NCBI GenBank assembly: GCA_964521625.1
Contig: CAZFSM010000018.1
Coordinates: forward strand, 10,479 to 74,478
Source of the DNA: an uncultured Veillonellaceae bacterium
Lineage (GTDB): Bacteria > Bacillota > Negativicutes > UBA1444
Length of the DNA: 64,000 nt
Direction of reading: 5' to 3'
The position numbers were made by a program, and so were the translations under genes. The notes under the pieces were generated by a model. It did no database searches, was not told where the DNA came from, and saw nothing but the letters and a program-made list of their open reading frames with translations. The first letter of the stretch is position 1; every line of letters begins with the position of its first letter. Positions 1-9,546 of the stretch are shown here, in pieces.

Positions 1-1155
1 GGCAATGAATATATCGATTACGTAGGCTCCTGGGGGCCGATGGTCTTGGGCCATGCCCATCCGAAAGTGACTGCGGCTTTGCAGTCGGCTTTGCTCCGAG
101 GAACCAGCTATGGTGCGCCAACGTTGCTGGAAACCGAACTGGCCAAGAAGGTCCGTCAGGCTGTGCCTGCGATGGAACTGGTGCGGATGGTCAATTCGGG
201 AACCGAAGCGACGATGAGCGCCTTGCGTCTGGCCCGCGCTTTTACCAAGCGGGACCGGATCGTCAAGTTTGACGGCTGTTACCACGGCCACCATGACAGT
301 CTGTTAGTCAAGGCCGGTTCCGGTGCCGCTACGTTCGGTGTGCCGGATAGTCCCGGTGTGCCGACTTCAGTGGCTCATACTTCGCTGACGCTGCCGTTCA
401 ATGACATTGCAGCGATGGAAGAATTGTTTGTGCAACAAGGCGAGTTAATTGCCGCAGTGATCATCGAACCAGTGCCCGGTAATATGGGGATGGTTTTGCC
501 GCATGACGGCTACCTGGCCAAAGTGCGGGAATTGACGGCCCATTACGGAATTCTGCTGATTTTTGACGAAGTGATGTCCGGTTTTCGGGTGGCGCTCGGC
601 GGGGCGCAGGCCCTTTTCGGCATCCTGCCGGACCTGGTCTGCCTGGGCAAGGTGATCGGCGGCGGATTGCCGGTCGGCGCTTACGGCGGTCGACACGACA
701 TCATGAGCTGTATTTCGCCGGCCGGTCCGGTCTACCAGGCGGGCACGCTGTCCGGCAATCCGCTGGCGATGACGGCAGGACTGGCGACACTGACTGAAAT
801 CATGGATAATCCAGATTTTTACCCGCAGCTGACAGCGAAAACCAATGCGTTGTGCGAAGGCATCAGCGCTGCGGCGCAGGCAGCCGGCGTGGCAATCCAG
901 TCGCATCAGCTGGGCAGTATGTTCGGCATGTTCTTCAATTCCAAACCGGTGACCGATTACGCCAGTGCTGCCACTTCGGACCAGGCGGCTTTCAAAATCT
1001 GGTTCCATACGATGCTCGAGCAGGGTGTCTATCTGGCGCCGTCGCAATTTGAAGCCGGGTTCATATCGGCAGCGCATAGTGACGCCGATATCGAAAAAAC
1101 GCTGCAAGCGTCTAAGGTCGCAATGCAGGCGGTGGCACTAAGTCAACAGCAGTAA
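1..1155 (+). CDS. hemL: Glutamate-1-semialdehyde 2,1-aminomutase (5' end outside window)
   Basis: Frame open from base 1 ([21 protein letters not shown]); motifs [59 protein letters not shown]. Confidence 0.97.
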   Translation, partial: GNEYIDYVGSWGPMVLGHAHPKVTAALQSALLRGTSYGAPTLLETELAKKVRQAVPAMELVRMVNSGTEATMSALRLARAFTKRDRIVKFDGCYHGHHDSLLVKAGSGAATFGVPDSPGVPTSVAHTSLTLPFNDIAAMEELFVQQGELIAAVIIEPVPGNMGMVLPHDGYLAKVRELTAHYGILLIFDEVMSGFRVALGGAQALFGILPDLVCLGKVIGGGLPVGAYGGRHDIMSCISPAGPVYQAGTLSGNPLAMTAGLATLTEIMDNPDFYPQLTAKTNALCEGISAAAQAAGVAIQSHQLGSMFGMFFNSKPVTDYASAATSDQAAFKIWFHTMLEQGVYLAPSQFEAGFISAAHSDADIEKTLQASKVAMQAVALSQQQ

Positions 1156-1187
1156 CGGATTTACGCCGAGAAGCAAGGCAAAATAAT

Positions 1188-1238
1188 AAACCTCCTGGCG
1201 TTAGCTGGTTTCAGCTGCATCAGGAGGTTTTGGTTTTT
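1188..1238. terminator. Probable bidirectional intrinsic terminator
   Basis: AAACCTCCTG...CAGGAGGTTT inverted repeat with T-rich tail between convergent genes. Confidence 0.75.
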
Positions 1239-1274
1239 GTACGTTAGTCCTTGTATCGTAGTCAAATGGAGGGT

Positions 1275-2423
1275 TTATTTCGCATCGCGGGCGATGATCG
1301 CGATCGATGCCAGCGCCGTATCAATTTCAACTTCAGTTGTGAAGCGGCTCACACTGAAACGCACGGTTCCTTTGGCGAGAGTGCCGATACTGCGGTGGGC
1401 GGCTGGAGCGCAATGCAGGCCAGTACGGGTGAATATGCCGAACTGTTGCTCCAACCGGATCCCAACTTCGTCGCAGGGCATACCGGCGACATTGAGCGAA
1501 AGCACGCCGACCGATTCGGCCGGATCGACCGGGCCGTATACCTCAATATTTGTTAGCTCTCGCAAGCCGTCGCGGAACCGGCACATTAGTTTTTGTTCAT
1601 GCGGCAATACCTTGTCAACGCCAAAACTAGCCAGATTGGTAAGCGCGGCCCCCAGACCGGCCAAACCGATTGCATTCAGAGTGCCGCTTTCCAGTTTGTC
1701 CGGCAGAAATGCCGGCTGGAGTTCTGATTCGGAAGCGCTGCCGGTACCGCCGAACAGCAAGGGACGCAAGTCCACATCATTATCTAACGCCAACCCGCCG
1801 GTTCCCTGTGGGCCGCCGAGGCTTTTATGCCCGGTGAACGCCAAAAAGTCGATGGCGCTTTTTTGCATATCCAACGGGCAGACGCCGGCAGTCTGCGCAG
1901 CGTCGACGGCGAAACGGATACCGGCATCTCGGGCCAACAAGCCGATTTCGGCGATTGGCTGCAAGGTGCCGGTTACGTTGGAGGCATGGGTGATGACGAT
2001 CAAACGGGTTTGTGGCTTCAGCAGACGCCGGACTGAATCGGGATCAAGCCTGCCCTGTGCGTCGCAGGCGGCGACCGACAGGCTGACGCCGCAGGATTCT
2101 AAATGGCGTAGCGGCCGCATTACCGCGTTGTGTTCCACGGCGCTCGTTACGACATGATCTCCGGGGTTCAAAAAGCCGAAGAAGATCATATTCAAAGCCT
2201 CAGTGGCGTTTTTCGCAAATATGACTCGATCAGTTGAGGGGGCATTGAACAAAGTGGTCAGATGATTGCGGGCATCGTAAACCATGCGGGAAGAGGTCAA
2301 TGATTTGCCATGTCCGGCCCGCCCCGGGCTCCCGCCGCACTCGCAAAGATATTGCTGCATCGCGGCAAGAACTTGCGGGCATTTTGGCCAAGATGTAGCT
2401 GCATTATCCAAATATATAGACAA
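1275..2423 (-). CDS. Class V PLP aminotransferase, cysteine desulfurase/selenocysteine lyase-like
   Basis: YLDNAATSWPK, EHNAV, DAAQTAG, AFTGHK (PLP Lys), RTGLHCAP (catalytic Cys); AGGAGG SD upstream. Confidence 0.92.
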   Translation of the reverse strand: MSIYLDNAATSWPKCPQVLAAMQQYLCECGGSPGRAGHGKSLTSSRMVYDARNHLTTLFNAPSTDRVIFAKNATEALNMIFFGFLNPGDHVVTSAVEHNAVMRPLRHLESCGVSLSVAACDAQGRLDPDSVRRLLKPQTRLIVITHASNVTGTLQPIAEIGLLARDAGIRFAVDAAQTAGVCPLDMQKSAIDFLAFTGHKSLGGPQGTGGLALDNDVDLRPLLFGGTGSASESELQPAFLPDKLESGTLNAIGLAGLGAALTNLASFGVDKVLPHEQKLMCRFRDGLRELTNIEVYGPVDPAESVGVLSLNVAGMPCDEVGIRLEQQFGIFTRTGLHCAPAAHRSIGTLAKGTVRFSVSRFTTEVEIDTALASIAIIARDAK

Positions 2424-2658
2424 AAAGGATGCACCTCCTACAGTGCCGATTATATCACAGCTTAACTAGAATGGCAGATAGCGAATCTGGACGGGTTGGC
2501 GTCGATTGAAAGACTATAAAAAAAGGAGTATTTTGCTTTTTATCGAAATATCTGAAGACGAACTCTCTACGTTGTCGCTGAGGATTGGCTAAGCTTAAAG
2601 GTGGCAGCAATTGCCGAATTGTGCAGTAGTGTTGGAAACAACAGGAAAGTGAGAAAGT

Positions 2659-3558
2659 ATGCTTGACGTTCAACTGCAAATCTTCAAGACGGTTGTTGAG
2701 AAGAACAGTTTTTCCCTGGCTGCCCAGGAACTTCATATGACTCAATCGTCGGTGAGTCAACATATCCAGGCGCTGGAAATCTATTTTGGCGCTAAGCTTT
2801 TTGACCGTTTGCACCGCCGTATTTGTCTGACCGAAGCCGGGCGTGCCCTTTATCCTTACGCTGTAAGTCTGGAACGTCTTTATCAGGAAGCGGGCGATAC
2901 GATGTCGGGGCAACTTGACTTGGTTGCCGGTAGTTTGTCCATCGCCGCCAGCATGACGATTGGTGAATATTTGCTGCCCAAGCTGCTGGTTGAGTTTAAT
3001 CAGCTTTACCCGAAGGTCAGTATTACCATGGAGATCGAAAATACAGAACGAGTAATTGGCAAAACGGTCGAAGGCTCGGCTGATGTCGGGTTTGTTGAGG
3101 GATTATATAAACCGGTGTCTGATTTGGAGGGCGAGTGTTTTCGCGGCGATGACCTGGTTGTCATTAAGGCGGCTGGGCGCTGCCATTGCAGGGAAAAGCA
3201 GATTACGATAGCAGCGCTGCTTAATGAGCCGTGGGTTCTGCGCGAAACCGACTCAGGCACTCGCCGAGTGTTTGAAAATTTTTTAGTCCGCCATGATTTC
3301 TCGCCGGCTGCGCTGAACGTCAATATGAGTTTTAACAGCACGGAGGCGATAAAAAGCGCCGTCATGGCAGGGTCGGGATTGGGAATCATGTCGCGGCTGG
3401 CGGTGAGTGACGAAATCAAACGCGGTGAAATTTGTGTCATGCCACTTTGTGAGGGAACGATTGACCGCAACTTCTGGATGTTGCGAAACAAGGCAAAGTT
3501 TCAGACCAAAACTGTAAATAAATTTTGTGCCTTCTTCCTCGAACAGGTGGGCGGGTAA
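2659..3558 (+). CDS. LysR-family transcriptional regulator (CysL-like)
   Basis: N-terminal HTH SFSLAAQELHMTQSSVSQHIQALE; ASMTIGEYLLP, LRETDSGTR, STEAIKSAV substrate-binding motifs. Confidence 0.93.
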   Translation: MLDVQLQIFKTVVEKNSFSLAAQELHMTQSSVSQHIQALEIYFGAKLFDRLHRRICLTEAGRALYPYAVSLERLYQEAGDTMSGQLDLVAGSLSIAASMTIGEYLLPKLLVEFNQLYPKVSITMEIENTERVIGKTVEGSADVGFVEGLYKPVSDLEGECFRGDDLVVIKAAGRCHCREKQITIAALLNEPWVLRETDSGTRRVFENFLVRHDFSPAALNVNMSFNSTEAIKSAVMAGSGLGIMSRLAVSDEIKRGEICVMPLCEGTIDRNFWMLRNKAKFQTKTVNKFCAFFLEQVGG

Positions 3559-3596
3559 AATTAATGGTAGCATCAAGCGATGCTGCCATTAATTTT
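3557..3596 (+). terminator. Hairpin/terminator after LysR gene
   Basis: AAAATTAATGGTAGCATC-aagc-GATGCTGCCATTAATTTT near-perfect inverted repeat. Confidence 0.7.
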
Positions 3597-3687
3597 AGTG
3601 ATACATACTATTAATTTTTAGAATTTTACTAATAATGATTTCAGGCGTAAAATTAACTGAAGATATAAGCAATTAATGTGAGTTTGT

Positions 3688-3705
3688 GTGTGCTATTTTT
3701 CACAA
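3688..3705. promoter_or_regulatory. Candidate Rex operator upstream of fdx-dsrABC
   Basis: GTGTGCTATTTTTCACAA versus Rex consensus TTGTGAANNNNTTCACAA; right half perfect. Confidence 0.5.
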
Positions 3706-3766
3706 ATAACGAAAGCGAACTATTAGCGATACAGGGTAGCTTGCAAGGGAAAAGAGGTGATACAAA

Positions 3767-3955
3767 ATGTTCATGGTCGCGATCGAAGAAGAAAAATGCA
3801 TAGGCTGCGCGCAATGTACGCAAGGCTGTCCTGCGCAAATTCTGGGCATGGTGGGAGCGAAAGCCGAAGTAACCGGCGATGCTTCCGAATGTATGGGATG
3901 CCAGTCCTGTGTCATGACTTGTCCTGCAGAAGCCATTACCGTCACCGAGTATTAA
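3767..3955 (+). CDS. 2x[4Fe-4S] ferredoxin
   Basis: CIGCAQCTQGCP and CMGCQSCVMTCP; GAGGTG SD. Confidence 0.93.
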   Translation: MFMVAIEEEKCIGCAQCTQGCPAQILGMVGAKAEVTGDASECMGCQSCVMTCPAEAITVTEY

Positions 3956-3991
3956 GTCCGCGAACGCTAAATTAATAGAGAAAGGCGGGTA

Positions 3992-5200
3992 ATGTTCATG
4001 GATGTAGAAAAAAAGGTAGCGGCAACACCGTTGCTGGACGAACTGGAAAAAGGCGATTGGCCCAGTTTTGTCACCGAAATTAAAAAGGCGGCAAAAACCA
4101 GCAAAATGGCGCAGGGTCTGCTCGAGCAAGTTGAGGCTTCCTACGTTGAAAAAATTGGTCACTGGAAACACGGAGGCATTGTGGGAGTCAAGGGCTACGG
4201 CGGTGGTGTCGTCGGTCGTTATTCCGATGATCCCGAGCGGTTTCCGGACGCGCGCGAATTTCACACGATGCGTGTGAACCAGGTTCCCGGTTTTTTCTAT
4301 ACCAGTGAAAAACTCCGTGCCCTTGCAGATATTTGGGATAAATACGGCAGTGGACTGTACAACATGCATGGCTCAACTGGCGATATCATCCTGCTCGGCA
4401 CAACGACCGAAAATTTACAACCCTGTTTTGATGCCCTGGGCGAGATCGATTTCGACCTCGGCGGATCCGGCGGAGCGTTGCGGACCCTCAGCTGCTGTTG
4501 CGGCCAAGCTCGCTGCGAAAAATCCTGTATTGACGCTATGGATATGATGTATGATCTTACGATGCATTATCAGAATGAAATGCATCGTCCGGCCTGGCCC
4601 TATAAGTTCAAAATCAAGATTTCCGGTTGTCCCAATGACTGCGCGGCTGCTTCGGCCCGCTCCGACATGGCGCTGATTGGTACATGGCGCGATGCGATTC
4701 AGGTAAGTCAGGAAGAAGTGAGAAAATATGTTGCCGATGGAATGAGCATGGTGCATGTCTGCCGCAAATGTCCGACAGAGGCTCTAGATTGGGATGCGAA
4801 AACAGAAACCCTGTCAGTCAAGACCGAAGACTGCGTCCGTTGCATGCATTGCATCAACGTCATGCCAAAAGCCCTGCATATCGGCAAAGAGCGCGGCATC
4901 ACCATCCAGATCGGCGGCAAGGCTCCGGTTGTCAAAGGCGCCATGATCGGCTGGATTCTGGTTCCCTTTATGAAAGCGGAAGCGCCTTACACCGAAATCA
5001 AAGATCTGGTCGAAAAAATCACCGAGTTTTGGGCCGAAAATGGCAAAAATCGCGAGCGACTGGGTGAATTGGTCGAACGTCTCAGTCTGGCCACGTTTCT
5101 CGAAGGAATCGGCCTGAAGCCGCTGCCTCAGATGGTCAGCGCCCCGCGTGCGAATCCTTATATCTTCTGGAAGGAAGAGGAGGTTGTTAAGAATGGCTAG
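3992..5200 (+). CDS. dsrA: Dissimilatory sulfite reductase alpha subunit
   Basis: TPLLDELEKGDWPSFV, HWKHGGIVGVKGYGGGVVGRY, NMHGSTGD, CGQARC...GCPNDC siroheme-FeS motif, CVRCMHCIN. Confidence 0.97.
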   Translation: MFMDVEKKVAATPLLDELEKGDWPSFVTEIKKAAKTSKMAQGLLEQVEASYVEKIGHWKHGGIVGVKGYGGGVVGRYSDDPERFPDAREFHTMRVNQVPGFFYTSEKLRALADIWDKYGSGLYNMHGSTGDIILLGTTTENLQPCFDALGEIDFDLGGSGGALRTLSCCCGQARCEKSCIDAMDMMYDLTMHYQNEMHRPAWPYKFKIKISGCPNDCAAASARSDMALIGTWRDAIQVSQEEVRKYVADGMSMVHVCRKCPTEALDWDAKTETLSVKTEDCVRCMHCINVMPKALHIGKERGITIQIGGKAPVVKGAMIGWILVPFMKAEAPYTEIKDLVEKITEFWAENGKNRERLGELVERLSLATFLEGIGLKPLPQMVSAPRANPYIFWKEEEVVKNG

Positions 5201-6254
5201 AACAGATTTTGGCCCACCCAATTATAAGACGATGCTGCCGCCGATCATCACGCGCAATTACGGCAAGTGGCTCTATCATGAAGTGCCGAAACCAGGCGTA
5301 TTGCGGCACGTCAGCGAATCCGGCGAAGAACTTTTTTCGGTTCGTGTTGCCTCGGCCCGTCTGGTAAGCAGTGATTTTATCCGTGATATTTCCGATATCG
5401 CGGAAAAATATTGCGACGGATTCCTCCGCTTCACAACCCGTAACAATGTGGAGTTTTTGGTTTCAGACAAAGCTAAGCTGGAACCGTTGCTGAAAGAGCT
5501 CGACGACAAAGACTATCTGGTGGGCGGGGTTGGCCTCTCAATCAGCAACATCGTGCATACCCAGGGGTGGATTCACTGTAAGAGCGCCGTGACCGACGCT
5601 TCGGGCATAACCAAAAACATCATGGAAACCATGGTGGATTATTTCACAGGCAAAAAATCCGTACCGTCCCGTTGCCGTATTGCCGTAGCCTGCTGCGTCA
5701 ACATGTGCGGCGCCTGTCACTGTTCGGACATTGCCGTGGTAGGTATCCACCGGACAATTCCCCGCATCAATCATGAGTTGGCGTCTAAGATCTGTGAAAT
5801 CCCCAATACCATCGCATCCTGCCCCACCGGCGCGATCCGACCGAATCCAAAACTAAAGAGTATCGAAATCAATCATGATAAGTGCATGATGTGCGGTAAC
5901 TGTACTGTAGTCTGCCCGGCGATCAAGATCATGGACCCGGAAAATGACGGTGTATCGATCTGGGTCGGCGGCAAAGTGTCCAACGCCCGTTCGAAACCGA
6001 TGTTTTCCCGTCTGGCAATCCCCTTCATCCCCAACAACCCGCCGTTCTGGCCGGAAGTTACCACTGCTGTGACACATCTGGTGGAAGTCTGGGCCAGCAA
6101 TGCGCGCCCGGGCGAACGGATGGGCGAATGGATCGGACGAATCGGTTGGGAACGTTTCTTCGCAATTACCGATCTGCCGTTCACCGACAAGCACCTGGAT
6201 GACTTTACCCACGCCAACACTACGTTCCGTTCTACCACCCAGTTCAAATATTAA
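5193..6254 (+). CDS. dsrB: Dissimilatory sulfite reductase beta subunit (ATG 5193 overlaps dsrA stop)
   Basis: NYGKWLYHE, RFTTRNNVEF, HTQGWIHC, ACCVNMCG, CMMCGNC, GGKVSNAR, ERMGEWIGRIGWERFF; GAGGAGG SD. Confidence 0.97.
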   Translation: MARTDFGPPNYKTMLPPIITRNYGKWLYHEVPKPGVLRHVSESGEELFSVRVASARLVSSDFIRDISDIAEKYCDGFLRFTTRNNVEFLVSDKAKLEPLLKELDDKDYLVGGVGLSISNIVHTQGWIHCKSAVTDASGITKNIMETMVDYFTGKKSVPSRCRIAVACCVNMCGACHCSDIAVVGIHRTIPRINHELASKICEIPNTIASCPTGAIRPNPKLKSIEINHDKCMMCGNCTVVCPAIKIMDPENDGVSIWVGGKVSNARSKPMFSRLAIPFIPNNPPFWPEVTTAVTHLVEVWASNARPGERMGEWIGRIGWERFFAITDLPFTDKHLDDFTHANTTFRSTTQFKY

Positions 6255-6298
6255 TTCCCCGCGCAATGCGCTGAGGATAAACGAGAGGAGATATGTGT

Positions 6299-6616
6299 AT
6301 GTCATTCGTCGAAATCAAAGGACAACAAATCGAATTGGATGAAGACGGCTTCATCGTAGAGCCGGATCTGTGGAGCACGGAAATTGCTGAATATTTTGCA
6401 AAGGAGGAAGAAGTAGAGGAGTTAACCGAACAGCACTGGAAGATCATCAATTATCTAAAGGACTATTTCAAACAGTTCGGTATTGCGCCGATGGTCCGTA
6501 AGGTCTGCAAAGACAACAGCGTGACAATGCAAGAGCTGTATGCCTTGTTTCCGACCGGCCCGGCTAAGGGCGCCTGTAAAATCGCCGGACTGCCCAAACC
6601 AACAGGGTGCGTGTAA
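6299..6616 (+). CDS. dsrC: DsrC sulfur relay protein
   Basis: LDEDGFI, LTEQHWKII, LFPTGPAKGACKIAGLPKPTGCV with both C-terminal cysteines. Confidence 0.97.
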   Translation: MSFVEIKGQQIELDEDGFIVEPDLWSTEIAEYFAKEEEVEELTEQHWKIINYLKDYFKQFGIAPMVRKVCKDNSVTMQELYALFPTGPAKGACKIAGLPKPTGCV

Positions 6617-6694
6617 ACGCACCCTGGAGTTCCTGTGCTGCGCGTTCCCCATCCAATTGAGACGACTCATCAATTTGGAAAGAGGTGAAACAAT

Positions 6695-8182
6695 TTGAGT
6701 ACAGAAAGCAATCCCTCAGTATACCAAAGCAAGGCTATGTTTAAAAGCGAAGACTGGTGGGCAGTATGGCTCGGCCTGTTTATCTTCGCACTCGGTCTAG
6801 GGCCTATTTATGGCATGGATACTTTAGGTTGGCTGGCCAAACATAGTGTTTGGATTGACATCTCAAAAGCTGTCTCTCCGGCGACAAAAAACTATGCCGG
6901 GTTAGGATTCTTTGGCTCTGCCATAGCAACCTGGTTGTTCATGTTGGCCGTTACCACCTTTGGCGCAACAATCATGGGTTCCAAACCGGCTCGTTTTGCC
7001 GGCGGATTTTCCATTATCTACTGGTTGACCTTCATCTGTATCGTGCTCGGCAACAACGCCTATATCGGCGCCACGCCGAACCAACTGAAAGGTTTCAAGA
7101 TTGCCTGGGCACTCAGCTTGGGTGAAATGGGACTGATCTTTGCGATGCTTGTCGGCTTGTACATCGGCAATTTCATGCCTGGGCTGACCAAATATCTGCA
7201 TGACTCTGCCCGGCCGGAATGGTTTATTAAAACCGGCATCGTTATCCTTGGCATGGCGATCGGCATCAAAACCGTCAGCGCCATGGCGCTGGCCGGTACC
7301 GTCATCGTTCGCGGCGTATGTGCCGTGGTCGAGGCGTATCTGATCTACTGGCCGGTTACTTATTTCATCGCCCGCAAATACTTCAAATTCACGCCGGAAT
7401 GGGCCGCACCCCTGGCATCCGGCATCTCGATCTGCGGCGTGTCCGCCGCCATTGCGACCGGCGCCGCTATTCGCGCCCGTCCCCATATTCCGGTCATTCT
7501 CTCCGCCGTTATTATTGTTTTCGTGGCGGTCGAACTACTATTTCTGCCGTTTTTGGCAGCAGGGTTCCTAGTAGGTGAGCCGATGGTCGCCGGGGCCTGG
7601 ATGGGCCTGGCGGTTAAGAGTGACGGTGGGGCCGTCGCCAGCGGCGCGATCACCGATGCTCTCATCCGCTCCAAAGCCGAAGCCACCCTTGGCATCAAGT
7701 ATCAGGAAGGCTGGATGCTGATGGCGGCTACCACGACCAAGCTGTTCATCGATCTGTTCATTGGCGTTTGGGCATTCATTTTGGCAATCATCTGGAGCAT
7801 GTTCCGTCTCGACAGCTGCAACCCAGATAAAACTGCCGGAGAAGCCCGCAAGGTGTCGCCGATGGAAATTTGGAACCGTTTCCCAAAATTCGTGCTTGGC
7901 TTTATGTTCACATTTGCTGTTTTGCTAGTCATGGGCCTGAATAATCCCAAGATTGTCAAACTGGCTGACGAAGGAGCTGGCCAGGCAAATATCCTGCGCA
8001 GCATGTTCTTTGCGCTCTGCTTCTTCTCGATCGGCATCGTGACCAACGTCCGCAAACTTTGGGCGGCGGGCATGAGTCGAATCGTAGGTGTCTACGCGGT
8101 ATGTCTGTTTGGGTTCATCCTGTGGGTCGGGCTGGGGATTTCCTGGCTGTTCTATCACGGCGTTTATCCGCCCCTGATGTAA
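6695..8182 (+). CDS. YeiH/putative sulfate exporter family membrane protein
   Basis: Many TM segments; EDWWAVWLG, PEWFIKTGIVILG, GISICGVSAAIA, RFPKFVLGF; TTG start after GAGGTG. Confidence 0.85.
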   Translation: MSTESNPSVYQSKAMFKSEDWWAVWLGLFIFALGLGPIYGMDTLGWLAKHSVWIDISKAVSPATKNYAGLGFFGSAIATWLFMLAVTTFGATIMGSKPARFAGGFSIIYWLTFICIVLGNNAYIGATPNQLKGFKIAWALSLGEMGLIFAMLVGLYIGNFMPGLTKYLHDSARPEWFIKTGIVILGMAIGIKTVSAMALAGTVIVRGVCAVVEAYLIYWPVTYFIARKYFKFTPEWAAPLASGISICGVSAAIATGAAIRARPHIPVILSAVIIVFVAVELLFLPFLAAGFLVGEPMVAGAWMGLAVKSDGGAVASGAITDALIRSKAEATLGIKYQEGWMLMAATTTKLFIDLFIGVWAFILAIIWSMFRLDSCNPDKTAGEARKVSPMEIWNRFPKFVLGFMFTFAVLLVMGLNNPKIVKLADEGAGQANILRSMFFALCFFSIGIVTNVRKLWAAGMSRIVGVYAVCLFGFILWVGLGISWLFYHGVYPPLM

Positions 8183-8222
8183 TCCAGCAGCAATATTTGC
8201 ATAAAGAAGGAGGCGAGAAGGC

Positions 8223-8393
8223 ATGGCAGAAAACAAATGCTTAGTGGATCCTTCCGTAGAAGATGCGCAAAATGAGATGGAAGAACAATGGTTTCCTCTG
8301 CAGCCGATTGAGATTAAGATGCTTAGTATCACATTCGGTCTCGGGATGGTTCTGTTGGTAGTGTTCTTCTTCGTATTCGGAGTCCACATCTAA
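8223..8393 (+). CDS. 56-aa single-TM microprotein (absent from ORF track)
   Basis: AAGGAGG SD 9 nt before ATG; MAENKCLVDPSVEDAQNEMEEQWFPLQPIEIKMLSITFGLGMVLLVVFFFVFGVHI; acidic N-terminus plus one hydrophobic helix. Confidence 0.8.
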   Translation: MAENKCLVDPSVEDAQNEMEEQWFPLQPIEIKMLSITFGLGMVLLVVFFFVFGVHI

Positions 8394-8417
8394 ACGGTCA
8401 AAAGTTACTGACACCGG

Positions 8418-8453
8418 GGGGAAAAAAATCGTCGCAAGGTGGTTTTCTTCCCC
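8418..8453. terminator. Imperfect hairpin between convergent genes
   Basis: GGGGAAAAAAATC...GGTTTTCTTCCCC; weak U tails. Confidence 0.5.
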
Positions 8454-8468
8454 TGATTTGTAAAGCAA

Positions 8469-9467
8469 TCAAGAACAATTTTGGGAGAACAACTTGGGAC
8501 AGTCAATGCAAAGATCGTCGGGCTGATTGTTGCCAAATGAAGCGCGAAACTGCAGGTACTCATTACTCCACCAAGTTTTATCCAATCCTTCACGGCCCAA
8601 ACTGCCAAAACACCTGCGTTTGCGCCCGGTTGCCAAATCAGGCAGATTGGCGAATACACAGGGGTGAATTCCCCCATCGGCGGCAATGATCAACGCGCGG
8701 TCGACCCGTTCGCTACAGGTCGCGAAATGTTCCTGTGAAGTCGTAGTTTCGGCATCAAAAACCAATAGGGTTCCTGCTGCCGCCAGTCGGGTTTTAATTT
8801 CTGTCATTTTTTCTGTAACAGCAGCCCATTCTGGGCTATTCCGGACAATCACCTGACCTGCCAGCACCGGATGTGGGACATGGTCGAGCGTGCTGACCAC
8901 GATTTCATTCACCGCCAGGCCATCTAACAATTCGGGCAGATCGTCGATTTCGTCCACGCCGCCCTGCAGCAACATATAGGCAATATGAATGGCCGGGCCG
9001 TTTTTTCGGTTATAACCCTTGGCCGCCGCCAATGTCCGGATTCCTAGCAGTACCGCCGCCAGCGGTGCCCCCTGGCGAAACCTGTCGTGCGAAGCGCCGG
9101 CGCCGGTCAGGGAAAAGGCGACCAGATCAATTTCGGAATGAATGATTTTTTCAGCATTGGACTCATTTAGTAGAATACCGTTGGTTGTTGTACCGCAGCG
9201 GCAGCCATGCGCTTTAACCAGTTCGATCAGGTCGAAGAATTGCGGGTTGAGTAAAGGTTCGCCCCAGCCCTGTAGGTGCACGTACGGTACACTGGGCAGG
9301 TGGCGCAATAGTGGGCGCAGTGTCGCTGGTGTCATGTGGATATTGTTCCAACGTTGACCGGCTGTAGTGCGCGGGCAATAAGCGCAAAGGGCATTGCAGA
9401 ACGTGCTGACCTCCAGCTGGATGTGGTCCAGTTCCGGGTAGGGAGCAAACCAATGTTTCCACTGCAT
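8469..9467 (-). CDS. Radical SAM protein with C-terminal SPASM/twitch-like domain
   Basis: CNALCAYC, GWGEPLL, TTNG; C-terminal C...GGIHPC...CIDC; GGGAGG SD 8 nt before ATG 9467. Confidence 0.9.
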   Translation of the reverse strand: MQWKHWFAPYPELDHIQLEVSTFCNALCAYCPRTTAGQRWNNIHMTPATLRPLLRHLPSVPYVHLQGWGEPLLNPQFFDLIELVKAHGCRCGTTTNGILLNESNAEKIIHSEIDLVAFSLTGAGASHDRFRQGAPLAAVLLGIRTLAAAKGYNRKNGPAIHIAYMLLQGGVDEIDDLPELLDGLAVNEIVVSTLDHVPHPVLAGQVIVRNSPEWAAVTEKMTEIKTRLAAAGTLLVFDAETTTSQEHFATCSERVDRALIIAADGGIHPCVFANLPDLATGRKRRCFGSLGREGLDKTWWSNEYLQFRASFGNNQPDDLCIDCPKLFSQNCS

Positions 9468-9546
9468 CAAAGAGGCCTCCCTTATGTTAGCTGTTCCAGT
9501 TTATTGTAACGTATTCTGTCCATTCGCGGGGAAAGAGGAGTGAACC

